A stretch of DNA of 64,000 bases from a virus: the IMG/VR virus record IMGVR_UViG_3300014835_000073; one strand, written 5' to 3'. The notes beneath the pieces were generated by a model that was given only the letters and a program-made list of their open reading frames with translations, was not told where the DNA came from and did no database searches. Position 1 is the stretch's first letter; each line of letters starts with the position of its first letter. Of this stretch, positions 11,501 to 19,016 are shown piece by piece. A program made the translations under genes and the position numbers.

Positions 11501-14416
11501 GTGACGACTAATGTACTTACTACGTCACCTATTACGATTAGTGTCACGGCCATTGGTACAAATTTTATCACTTGTAATGCGACTGATGTATTGGTATATG
11601 GACAGCCGATCGTATTTACCGGTACGGCATTTGGTAATATCGTGGCTGGAACAATCTATTATGTATTAAACATCGTGAATAGTACTACATTTACAATGTC
11701 AACTACTTATGGTGGTGCTGTTTTTGCATTAGTGACGGCATCGGGTACCTTGACAATGAATCCATCTACTACTAACTTAGTAATTGGTCAACCAATTGTG
11801 GCATTTGGAGCAGTTTTTGGTAATGTTGGGTATTCAACTACTTATTATGTTAATTCGATAGTTAGTACTACTACCTTTACTGTGTCAGTGGCTCAGTCAA
11901 TTGGATATTCTGGTACTGCATTGACGTTGGCAACATCGTCTGGTACTATGGTAATGGCTTATGGGCCGATCCAATTGTCATTGATATCTAACACTACTAC
12001 TACCAGTAATTTATTAACTGTTCAGTCAACAATTGTTACATCTACCTCCTACTATGGTACAAATTTAATTGGTTGTTATAATACTTATATGTTAGCACTT
12101 GGTATGCCAGTTACGTTTGGTACTACTGCTAATGGGTTGGTCATTGGTACTATTTATTATATTGCCAGTGTACCATCTGCTACTACGTTTACCGTGTCAG
12201 CTGTGTTAGGCGGTCCAACATTATCGCTGACTTACGGTAGTAGTTTGTCGATATCAATGTATCAAGCAGTTACTAACTTGTGGATCAATCAGGCTATTTC
12301 ATTTTCAAGTAATGTTTCAGGCAGTACAGTCTTCGGTGGCATAGTTGCTGGCATGACATATTACGTTCAGAGTATACCATCATTGTATACCTTTACTGTG
12401 TCAACTCAGCCATTTGGTGCGGTTTATCCATTGGCGACAGCCGCATACAGTTCGTATCAAAAACCCATGAGTTACACAGTGGGTACATTGCCTATCCAAG
12501 TATCAAATGTTTTTATTAATCAATCATTTCCGATAGTTGGTTCTTCGGCAGCTGGAAATATATTAACAGTTGGCAATTTATTAACTGCTGGTAATATTCC
12601 GATCGTAATTACTGCTGCATCTTCAACTACTAATATCTTGACGTGTACTTCGACCGCAACTTTATCAGTTGGCTTGCCGATTGTGTTTAGTTCTGGCTTT
12701 GCTGGATTGACAAATGGTATGACGTATTATATATTGTCTATTTTAAATAATACCCAATTTACTATTGCTAATAGTTGGGGTGGGCAGCAGGCCATTCTAA
12801 ATGTGCAGGGAGTAACTTCTGGTAGTACTACAATGCTTACGATCACTGGGACTAATCAAATGTTTACCAATTCAATTACTACTACCGGTAATACTTATAA
12901 TATATATACTGGATTACCAATTGTGTTTACTGGAACGTCATTTGATTCTGCGTTGGTTATCGGAGTTACTTATTATGTCTTACAAGTAACGAGTGTAACT
13001 ACATTTAGTGTGAGTGCTACATCCGGTGGCACTGTATTGACATTGACTGGTGCAACTGGTAATATGACTATGGTATCGGCTGCGCAATTAACTAACATAG
13101 GTGTTACTATACAACCGTCAACGGCTAATTTAACGATTGGTATGCCAATGTATGCTACTGGTACCACATTTGGAAATATATTAGCGAATGCCACGTATTA
13201 TGTCAATACGATATTAAGTCCAACTACATTCACTGTTACTACTGCTCAATATTCTGCTGTTGCTTTTACATTAACTACCAATTTTGGTTACATGACACTT
13301 ATGGCCAGTACTGGTCAAACTGGTACTGGTAGTACTGGTACTACCAGTTTAATTGCAGCAGCTCCAATTATTTTTACTGGAGCAACTATTATTGTTACGA
13401 GTTGTAATGGAACGTTGTTGACTACTACTGGAAACACCGGTGTATTAGTCATTAACCAAGCATTGATGTTTACCGGCTATACTATTGGCGGTATCCAACC
13501 CGATGTATATTATTATGTACAAAGTATTCCTTCATTTAATACATTTACACTTAGTGCGACCGTTGGTGGGGTGGCTATTAGTTGGGGAACTACTTCTAAC
13601 ATAATGACAGCGCAAGTTGTGACTAGTGATAGTACGGCTATTTTACCGTACAATGTATATTATGTACAATCAGTTCAGAGTCCATATACATTTAGTATCA
13701 CCCCAGTCATTGGTGGTGCCGCAACTACTGTGTCAACAGTGAATGGGGCAGTTATAATACAAAGTAATATTTGTACATTATCAACTGGCGGTTCAACTGC
13801 ATATTTAGCGGCAAACCAATTAGTGACATTTACCGGGGTGGGTTTTGGAAATCTTCAAACATTTCCAGTGACTAATTTGCCATTTATCGTAACGAATACG
13901 ACAATCACTTCCAACTATGTGACAGTGTCAAATACTGCTACGTTATTGGTCAATCAACCTGTCGTGTTTTTGGGTACGACGTGGGGTGGATTAACCGCTT
14001 TTCAGACATATTATGTTTTGGCAGTAGCGAGTAACACTCAATTTACTGTTAGTTTGACGCCTGGTGGGACTGCAGTGGTACTAGCCACGATTGCTGCTGC
14101 GGCTGCGACCCCTTCATTTTTCATGGTGTCGGCTTATTATGTTAAAGCAGTTGTTAGTAATAATCAATTTGTGTTGAGTTCAACGCCAGGTGGTAATATT
14201 CAGCAGTTAACTTCCGCATATGCAATAGGCGGTAATGTTTTACTGGCAAATGGTCAACCAGTCTTTACTGATTTCTTAGAATATGATGCGTTAATTGCCG
14301 GTACTGGGGTATTAGAGCGAACCGGCATTATCGTGCCGCCTAATACATATCTATATGCTTCTAGCAATATTTCACAAGTTACCGCATTGGCAATTGGTAT
14401 TCAGGAGGGCGTGTAA
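5582..14416 (+). CDS. giant Thr/Ser/Val-rich repeat virion protein (2944 aa)
   Basis: About 34 copies, counted by the YY(V/I) motif, of a beta-rich unit TNxIT…GQPVVF…GNL…YYV…FTVS…GG…L.TA.G; ATAAATA 5547-5553 and AGGAG upstream. Confidence 0.85.
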   Translation: MTTAAKYGAQDLNGNPFSYQQIVAPVSSNNIVVNATFANRNGADAKVRLAETSVPLVSQSVASTQGLFPFAATASANSMIIPTAQALTVTDTSFGSNLITTASYAVFSTMVNTNIITCVATKSFNLGEPVVFVGSLGNLISGNIYYVLTINSATTFTVSTSLGGIPFALTTATGTILVQETVTNLVINEPIMFSGTGFGGITSGLSYYVLTITDMTSFTISTFPSGPPVSMFTATGNLSVGYNPMVSTLNLSSTAVGTNVKTLQTLTISTADVGTNVFTSASIAVTATTLSTNLITSASTATLTVGQPVVFTGSLGNLVSGTLYYVRSVISSTQFTVSSIIGGVAVILTTASGNIVVQQSTTTLAVNQPIVFNGTAFGGVVSGVNYYISAISSNTTFKVSSVPGGSVFQLYTASGNMVLGTASLPATLSIVNTAATAMLGTVAVTATTTGTNLITAATTSSLAIGQPIVFSSAIGNLLVGTTYYVLAIPTLTTFSVSAYVSGLAFPLSDAIGNVTLSTQQSLNIASATTGSNQLTTAVVQTTNTTVTTNLITVVSTAGFYVGMPVVFAGTVFGNIVANQLYYILTVNSSTTFAVSININGPVLVLSTASGSLLTVQQSTTDVGVNQPVVFSSSTPAQTYNIANTTTGTNVVTTRAIPITATTTGTNVITATDTTSLFIGQPVVFNGSLGNLIGSTIYYVQSIPTSTQFTVSATFSGVVFALDTAAGSINYQEATTNLIVNELVTFSGSVYGNLIAGTNYYIQSVVSNTSFTVSSTVNGSITSLATATGVMVASVTIPTYSLTLGNTTVGTNVITNSIVAVTATAVATNLVTMSSTATLTVGQPIVFNGTAFGNIVAGTIYYIQAIPSSTTLVISATLNGEIFVLSTASGTMSVSGATTGLVLNQPIVFAGTTFGNIIAGAIYYIQSVPTAQTFTVSIMPGGSAFALVTATGTMTSSMPIFGGVSANITYYVNSVVSNIAFTVSTTPGGSQFSLTSATGYMRVIVGPSVTANTNILTIGALAVTATTAVTNVITVANASTLAIGQAIVFNGKLGNLVTGTIYYVLTIPSTTTFTVSAISGGSIYSLATATGNITVSQSTGGLSLNQPIIFASAALPLTIGNTTHTTNVVTSAIVAVTATTTGTNLITVTDTGTLVVDQPVVFSGSLGNLIGGTVYYVRGISNLTKFTVSTVVSGTVFELATATGSINVQHATSSLAINQPVVFSGSTFGNIVAGTTYYVQNLVSSTSFSVSTSINGTVFVLATASGTMSVNLSTVGGIIAGTTYYVQNITNDTSFSISATYGGGPFILTNFNGLMTANVTAVVPVITISNTTVTANVLTTASIAVSATTTGTNLITATSTLTLAIGQPVVFSGALGGLVANVSYYVLTINSITQFTVSSTFNGVVYSITTATGSITVSQSTAALVINQPLFFTGTGFGNLVTSTTYYVRSIVSLTQLSVSQSFGGSVFILTTATGTMAFGGPAQTMVASNTTITTNVITLYAITVSATAAGTNIITCASTYFMSVNMPVVFNSTYGGITSGVIYYVQSIPSSLTFTVSMLPNGPQAILSTAVTTSSVQQATTNLLLNQSIIFSGTTFGNIIAGTTYYVLNIVSSSTFTVSTVPGGSVFVLATATGLMPYSPMSTSVISINSITTTPIAISSTSTVTNLITCISTSTLVIGQAVVFSGNLGNLLGNTIYYVLTIPSSTMFTVSIALYGTAVSLSSASGVINVQQSTSSLTIGQPIIFSSTLAPVTIANASSSGNVITLAAVTVTATTISTNTITASSTATLLVGQSVVFSESLGNLLANTIYYVQTIVNSTQFTVSLLLNGAVVSLVTASGSVTVTQSTTGWIINQPIVFTGTGFGNIVSGTTYYINSVLSRTTFVISAGYNGTAFVLGTSGGTMTGTFVAFGGLTVNSIYYIQSIPSLTSIIVSNIIAAPNNGNTNIVALTAGTGSLNATVISPVPSLPISATTVTTNVLTTSPITISVTAIGTNFITCNATDVLVYGQPIVFTGTAFGNIVAGTIYYVLNIVNSTTFTMSTTYGGAVFALVTASGTLTMNPSTTNLVIGQPIVAFGAVFGNVGYSTTYYVNSIVSTTTFTVSVAQSIGYSGTALTLATSSGTMVMAYGPIQLSLISNTTTTSNLLTVQSTIVTSTSYYGTNLIGCYNTYMLALGMPVTFGTTANGLVIGTIYYIASVPSATTFTVSAVLGGPTLSLTYGSSLSISMYQAVTNLWINQAISFSSNVSGSTVFGGIVAGMTYYVQSIPSLYTFTVSTQPFGAVYPLATAAYSSYQKPMSYTVGTLPIQVSNVFINQSFPIVGSSAAGNILTVGNLLTAGNIPIVITAASSTTNILTCTSTATLSVGLPIVFSSGFAGLTNGMTYYILSILNNTQFTIANSWGGQQAILNVQGVTSGSTTMLTITGTNQMFTNSITTTGNTYNIYTGLPIVFTGTSFDSALVIGVTYYVLQVTSVTTFSVSATSGGTVLTLTGATGNMTMVSAAQLTNIGVTIQPSTANLTIGMPMYATGTTFGNILANATYYVNTILSPTTFTVTTAQYSAVAFTLTTNFGYMTLMASTGQTGTGSTGTTSLIAAAPIIFTGATIIVTSCNGTLLTTTGNTGVLVINQALMFTGYTIGGIQPDVYYYVQSIPSFNTFTLSATVGGVAISWGTTSNIMTAQVVTSDSTAILPYNVYYVQSVQSPYTFSITPVIGGAATTVSTVNGAVIIQSNICTLSTGGSTAYLAANQLVTFTGVGFGNLQTFPVTNLPFIVTNTTITSNYVTVSNTATLLVNQPVVFLGTTWGGLTAFQTYYVLAVASNTQFTVSLTPGGTAVVLATIAAAAATPSFFMVSAYYVKAVVSNNQFVLSSTPGGNIQQLTSAYAIGGNVLLANGQPVFTDFLEYDALIAGTGVLERTGIIVPPNTYLYASSNISQVTALAIGIQEGV

Positions 14417-14417
14417 C

Positions 14418-15182
14418 ATGGCTCGGTATCAACAACTGCCGGATAGAATAGATACTTTCTGTTCTTATATACCGGATCAAGCAATGTGCATGAGTTATGG
14501 TATGACACAGGATTGCTGTGTCATACCAGCAAATGGCAAATGTCAGGCAAATATCACTACTGCGTGTGCGTGGACAGTGCCGCCAGGTGTGTCGTCGATA
14601 TTTGTTGAATTATGGGGACCAGGTGGCGGTGGTGGTGGCGGCGGTTCTGGTGCTACTTGCGTATCTGGTACCGGCGGCAGTAGTGGTGGTTATTCTGCAG
14701 CTACTATTCCAACTGCGCCAGGGTGTGTTTATACGGTGTGTGCCGGTATTGGCGGCTGTTATGGATGCTGCGGCACTGCTGGCACAGCCGGAACTACCGC
14801 CTACATGTCTGGCTATAATACTAGTACATTTTTATGCGCGGCAGGAGGAACGCCTGGGTGTTCAGTAACGCCGCAAGGATCAATTGGGCTTAATACGTTA
14901 ACAACTCCATCGGCGGTTAGTACCAATTGGTTGGGATACAGTAATAATTATATAGTAACTGGGGGACAAGGTGGTAATGTTATTAACGCAAGTAGTTGCG
15001 CATTAATGTCTAATAGAGGTGGATCATCATCATTTAATGGTGGTATTGGTGGGTATTTTTTCTTATCTGCTACCGCAGATGGTGGTGGTTTCCCAGGTGG
15101 TGGTGGTTCAGCAGCCTGTACAACTACTACCGCTAGTTGCGGCGCATGTGGCGGTAGCGGGTTAGTCAGGATATGGTATTGA
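14418..15182 (+). CDS. Gly/Cys-rich tail-fibre-like protein 1
   Basis: ATG 14418 follows the upstream TAA with GGAGG RBS (better than 14355); motif WTVPxGVxSIxVELWGxGGGGG…GGxGLVRIWY. Confidence 0.75.
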   Translation: MARYQQLPDRIDTFCSYIPDQAMCMSYGMTQDCCVIPANGKCQANITTACAWTVPPGVSSIFVELWGPGGGGGGGGSGATCVSGTGGSSGGYSAATIPTAPGCVYTVCAGIGGCYGCCGTAGTAGTTAYMSGYNTSTFLCAAGGTPGCSVTPQGSIGLNTLTTPSAVSTNWLGYSNNYIVTGGQGGNVINASSCALMSNRGGSSSFNGGIGGYFFLSATADGGGFPGGGGSAACTTTTASCGACGGSGLVRIWY

Positions 15183-15191
15183 GGAATAATT

Positions 15192-16025
15192 ATGGGAAGA
15201 TATAATACACAAGTGGTTTATACTGATGGTACCGCACATACTCAGTGGACCTGTCAACAAACTAGTTTACAAACGCAAGGAACATGTGTTCTTCAGCTTA
15301 CGGGTGGGTTAGGAGGTACTGGCACATGTGGGCCAGGATCTGGCGTATCCTGTCAATGGAATGTTCCAGCTGGTGTGTCATCAGTTGTCATTGAAATATG
15401 GGGTGGCGGTGGCGGTGGCGGTTCGGCAGTTATGTGCCAATGCGATACGATTGGTAATGGTGGCGGTGGCGGCGCGTATGCTAGGAAAACATTGGCCGTT
15501 ACTGCTGGCACATGTTACACCATATGTGTTGGTGCCGGAGGTGCCGGAGGTGGCTTAGGTACATTATTAAGTAATGCTACGAGTGCGACGTGTTGTTGTG
15601 GTGCAAGTGGTGGTACTACTTATATTACTGGTACTGGACTAGCTAATTTATGTGCCGAAGGTGGGTATGGTGGGGAATCACGGATATCTAGTATGACGAC
15701 AGTTTCACCAAATGGTGGATGGGCAGGTACTGGTGGCGATGTTAATGTCAGGGGGTCTGATGGTGGCTCTTATAACGATACCTATTTGAATAGGTATACA
15801 TGGGGTGGCAGTTCACCATTTGGTGGCAGAAATATATATCTAGCATATGATTGTGCTAGTAAATATCAAGATTTATGCTGCACTGGCCGAGCAGGTGGTA
15901 TTTGTGGCTATTATGGAGTATTTCCAGGCGGTGGCGGGACAGGCGGGTTTGCAAGTTGCTGCTGTATTGGGATAGCACCATGCGGTGGCAATGGTGCACC
16001 TGGCGCAATAAGAATTTGGATGTAA
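15192..16025 (+). CDS. Gly/Cys-rich tail-fibre-like protein 2
   Basis: Paralog of 14418-15182 (WNVPAGVSSVVIEIWGGGGGGG…GAPGAIRIWM); GAGGA RBS. Confidence 0.75.
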   Translation: MGRYNTQVVYTDGTAHTQWTCQQTSLQTQGTCVLQLTGGLGGTGTCGPGSGVSCQWNVPAGVSSVVIEIWGGGGGGGSAVMCQCDTIGNGGGGGAYARKTLAVTAGTCYTICVGAGGAGGGLGTLLSNATSATCCCGASGGTTYITGTGLANLCAEGGYGGESRISSMTTVSPNGGWAGTGGDVNVRGSDGGSYNDTYLNRYTWGGSSPFGGRNIYLAYDCASKYQDLCCTGRAGGICGYYGVFPGGGGTGGFASCCCIGIAPCGGNGAPGAIRIWM

Positions 16026-16031
16026 GGACAC

Positions 16032-16667
16032 ATGATGAATAATTTAGAATTGAATATACCCAGTGATGAAGCTGAGCAGCTTGAGCTGGAAAATGAACAG
16101 TTATATAAGATAATATGGTTTGCTGATAGCCCAAATCCAGGATATATTGAACCTGTGACATTTAAAAAATCAGAATTGCCAGTGCATAATCGAGCAGAAG
16201 TACTCGGTATGTATCGAGATTACGTCGAAGTATTGCCGGGATCTAATCTATGGCATTTGTGCGTTGATGGGTCATTGGTGGATCAAACGCATGAGTTGTG
16301 GGACATGAAAGTCATTGGATGGGATTGGGACAAACAAGAAGTGATAGTTGAGCCATTGCCGCCTATTACGTGGGATGATATTAAACTTCGCCGAAATGGA
16401 ATGTTGGCCATAAGTGATACTATGTTTAATTTTGACACCCCAGATCCGCTGAAAACACAATGGCTGGAATATCGTCAATTATTGCGTGATTTACCAGCTA
16501 GAGAAAGTGCGGCAGGAAATACGCCAACTACGGTCTTTTGGAATGATTATATACCGCCATATCCAGTGAGTGCACGAGCAGGTATTGCGATTGCTGATGC
16601 TAAGAAATGTGTGTGGTATACGGCAGAACCAATTGCTAGTAAAACTAGTAAAAATAAATTGAATTAA
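16032..16667 (+). CDS. tail fibre assembly chaperone-like protein
   Basis: WDDIKLRRNGMLAISD…WLEYRQLLRDLP motif typical of phage tail assembly chaperones. Confidence 0.7.
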   Translation: MMNNLELNIPSDEAEQLELENEQLYKIIWFADSPNPGYIEPVTFKKSELPVHNRAEVLGMYRDYVEVLPGSNLWHLCVDGSLVDQTHELWDMKVIGWDWDKQEVIVEPLPPITWDDIKLRRNGMLAISDTMFNFDTPDPLKTQWLEYRQLLRDLPARESAAGNTPTTVFWNDYIPPYPVSARAGIAIADAKKCVWYTAEPIASKTSKNKLN

Positions 16668-16677
16668 AGGAATTAAT

Positions 16678-17697
16678 ATGGCTTATCAAATTTGCATCGT
16701 TAAACGGTCTGCCTGTTGTGCTATGCCATTTCAATGCTGTAATTTATCTGGTGGTAGTGTTTGCACTACTGTACCACAATGTATGCGGTCATTGGAGATA
16801 TATGGATGTACTCCAAATTTGACACAGGGTGAATTTAACGACCGCTGTGTTCAGGGCGTATATGTGCCATCTGGTTCGTGTTGTGCATGGACGGTACCCG
16901 CTGGTGTATGTAGTATCACAGTTGAATTGTGGGGAGCTGGTGCAGGTGGCGGTAGTGGATCATCAACGGTCATTACAAATCCAAGTCGCGGTGGTGGTGG
17001 TGGTACATATGTAAAACGTACAATTCCAGTACTACCGGATGATTTAATAACATTGTGCGCTGGCGCTGGTGGAGTGATGGGTCAGAGTGGTGGTTCATCA
17101 AACAATTACGTTGGGTGGTCATGTGCGACTCCGCAAGGTAGCTGTTCTTATGTAAAACGAAATGGTAATTTTTGTATAGATGCAGGTGGTGGCAGTGCTG
17201 CTACATTTACTACCCCACTTGCGTCACCTGGATGCGGCACTTCTACGATCACCGGTGACAGTGGCTTAGCATATGGACAAACCAATTATTCGGTTGATCT
17301 ACGAGCTAAGCCGACCGTGACTTTTGCAAATTGCAGTTCCAACCTTGTGAACAATCAGCATAATTCATCAGGTGGCACAGCGTTCGGTGGTGATCGGACT
17401 ATGTGGGGCACTGTTTTAAATTGCGGCCAATATTTAAAATGGAATACTACTTGTCGAAATTCTGATGGGGTATATGGACCAGGTGGTGGTTCATGCAGTA
17501 ATAGCACTGCGTATAACGTTGGTATGAATTATAGTTGTTCGACTAATGCTAGTAATTTATTGTGTGAACGTGGAAAAGCAGCGCCGCCTGGTAATTTCCC
17601 AGGGGGTGGCGGTGGCGGTGGTACTGCTACCTGCTGCACTGGCTTGGCAACGGCTGGTGGCAATGGCGCCCCAGGGTATATACGGGTGTATTACTGA
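16678..17697 (+). CDS. Gly/Cys-rich tail-fibre-like protein 3
   Basis: Third paralog (WTVPAGVCSITVELWGAGAGGG…GAPGYIRVYY). Confidence 0.75.
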   Translation: MAYQICIVKRSACCAMPFQCCNLSGGSVCTTVPQCMRSLEIYGCTPNLTQGEFNDRCVQGVYVPSGSCCAWTVPAGVCSITVELWGAGAGGGSGSSTVITNPSRGGGGGTYVKRTIPVLPDDLITLCAGAGGVMGQSGGSSNNYVGWSCATPQGSCSYVKRNGNFCIDAGGGSAATFTTPLASPGCGTSTITGDSGLAYGQTNYSVDLRAKPTVTFANCSSNLVNNQHNSSGGTAFGGDRTMWGTVLNCGQYLKWNTTCRNSDGVYGPGGGSCSNSTAYNVGMNYSCSTNASNLLCERGKAAPPGNFPGGGGGGGTATCCTGLATAGGNGAPGYIRVYY

Positions 17698-17963
17698 TGA
17701 CTATAGGAAATGAAAAACCACTGGCTGTGACATGGATTGATGTGCGTAATCACCGAGATGAATTATTACTTCAGGCTGAAACATTCTACAATTTTGATAG
17801 TCCGGCAAGTATGCGACTATTATGGACTGATTACAAGCAATTGCTTAGGGATATTCCAAGTGTAAATAGTGAACTTAGTGACTTGCGGTTAATACAATGG
17901 CCGCAGTTGCCAACTGAGCATTTGCAATTATTATATCTATCTAGGTTAGCGCCAAATAGTTAG
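17697..17963 (+). CDS. tail fibre assembly chaperone-like protein (short)
   Basis: WIDVRNHRDELL…WTDYKQLLRDIP…WP; TGATG overlap with the upstream gene. Confidence 0.7.
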   Translation: MTIGNEKPLAVTWIDVRNHRDELLLQAETFYNFDSPASMRLLWTDYKQLLRDIPSVNSELSDLRLIQWPQLPTEHLQLLYLSRLAPNS

Positions 17964-17971
17964 CTGTCAAC

Positions 17972-18002
17972 ATAGGGAACTATTATTAAAATAGTTCCCT
18001 AT
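17972..18002 (+). terminator. stem-loop, probable terminator
   Basis: 13-bp perfect stem ATAGGGAACTATT/AATAGTTCCCTAT after the tail cluster. Confidence 0.6.
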
Positions 18003-18034
18003 CTATCATAAAATATCATAAAATAAACTACCTT

Positions 18035-18092
18035 AATTTTAGTCCTATAAATAGATTTATAATCATAAACACTTATAGGACTAAAATTTATG
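18035..18092 (+). promoter_or_regulatory. T4-type late promoter TATAAATA inside an RBS-sequestering hairpin
   Basis: 16-bp inverted repeat 18035-18050/18073-18088 covers AGGA; TATAAATA at 18046-18053. Confidence 0.7.
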
Positions 18093-19016
18093 CACAAAGT
18101 TTTTTTTATTAATGGCGGAACTGGTCGAGTTGTCAGTGCGTTACCCGCGCTAGAGCTATATGCTACTTATCATGATGATTTTTATATAGTATGTGAATCA
18201 GGTTTAGATTTATTTTTCGGTAATCCACTATTGCAGGACAAAGCTTTTGATGTAAATCACAAGGGATTATTTGAGACAGTAATAAAACATGGTGAAATTA
18301 TCACCACTGAGCCATATCGCGATTATGATTATTATAATCAACGCTGTAGTATATCACAATCATTCGACAAACAAATTAATAATCACAAAGAAATCAGAGA
18401 CTTGCCTCTTCCTAAAATTTATTTAAGCAAAGAGGAAGAATTATACGCAATAGCAACCATAAATATTGCCAAAAAAGATCATGGCAAAGACCGGACTATT
18501 GTCATTCAGCCATATGGTAGGGGTGCTGTCAGTAGTGATCAAACTGATATAATTGCCGATATTGGGTCTAGAAGTTTAGAACAAAAGGATTATTTAAAAC
18601 TTGTTGAAAAATTGCGAGAAGATTATAATGTATTATGCATGAGTGAATTTCCGACTACTGGTGATACATTTGCTATAAATCCTAAGAATCTTGATTTGAG
18701 AAAGTGGGCAGCAGTTATTGAAATTGCTGATTATTTTATCGGATGTGATAGTGTGGGGCAACATTTTGCTTATGCCTTTGGAACTCCGGGAACCGTAATA
18801 TTGGGAAGTACCTATGCGGTAAATGTTACATATCCAAATTACTTTAATATTTGGAAAAAGCCAAATTTTGTTAAACGATATGCGCCTATACGAATTAGTG
18901 ATTTTAACGTATGTATGGCAGATAGATTAAATGATCAAGCACTGTCATTGACTGATGCGGAATTTGAAAATTTGTACACTAATATAACGAACGATATTGC
19001 GAGGAAACTTAAATGA
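18090..19016 (+). CDS. glycosyltransferase, GT9 (heptosyltransferase-like) fold
   Basis: GGTGRVV N-terminal motif; LRKWAAVIEIADYFIGCDSVGQHFAYAFGTP C-terminal signature. Confidence 0.75.
   Translation: MHKVFFINGGTGRVVSALPALELYATYHDDFYIVCESGLDLFFGNPLLQDKAFDVNHKGLFETVIKHGEIITTEPYRDYDYYNQRCSISQSFDKQINNHKEIRDLPLPKIYLSKEEELYAIATINIAKKDHGKDRTIVIQPYGRGAVSSDQTDIIADIGSRSLEQKDYLKLVEKLREDYNVLCMSEFPTTGDTFAINPKNLDLRKWAAVIEIADYFIGCDSVGQHFAYAFGTPGTVILGSTYAVNVTYPNYFNIWKKPNFVKRYAPIRISDFNVCMADRLNDQALSLTDAEFENLYTNITNDIARKLK

Noticed and set aside
14355-14417. Longer N-termini from the ORF track (14355, 24491, 32135, 35465, 39498, 55440)
   Set aside because: Downstream ATGs fit RBS, promoter position or stop-start overlap better
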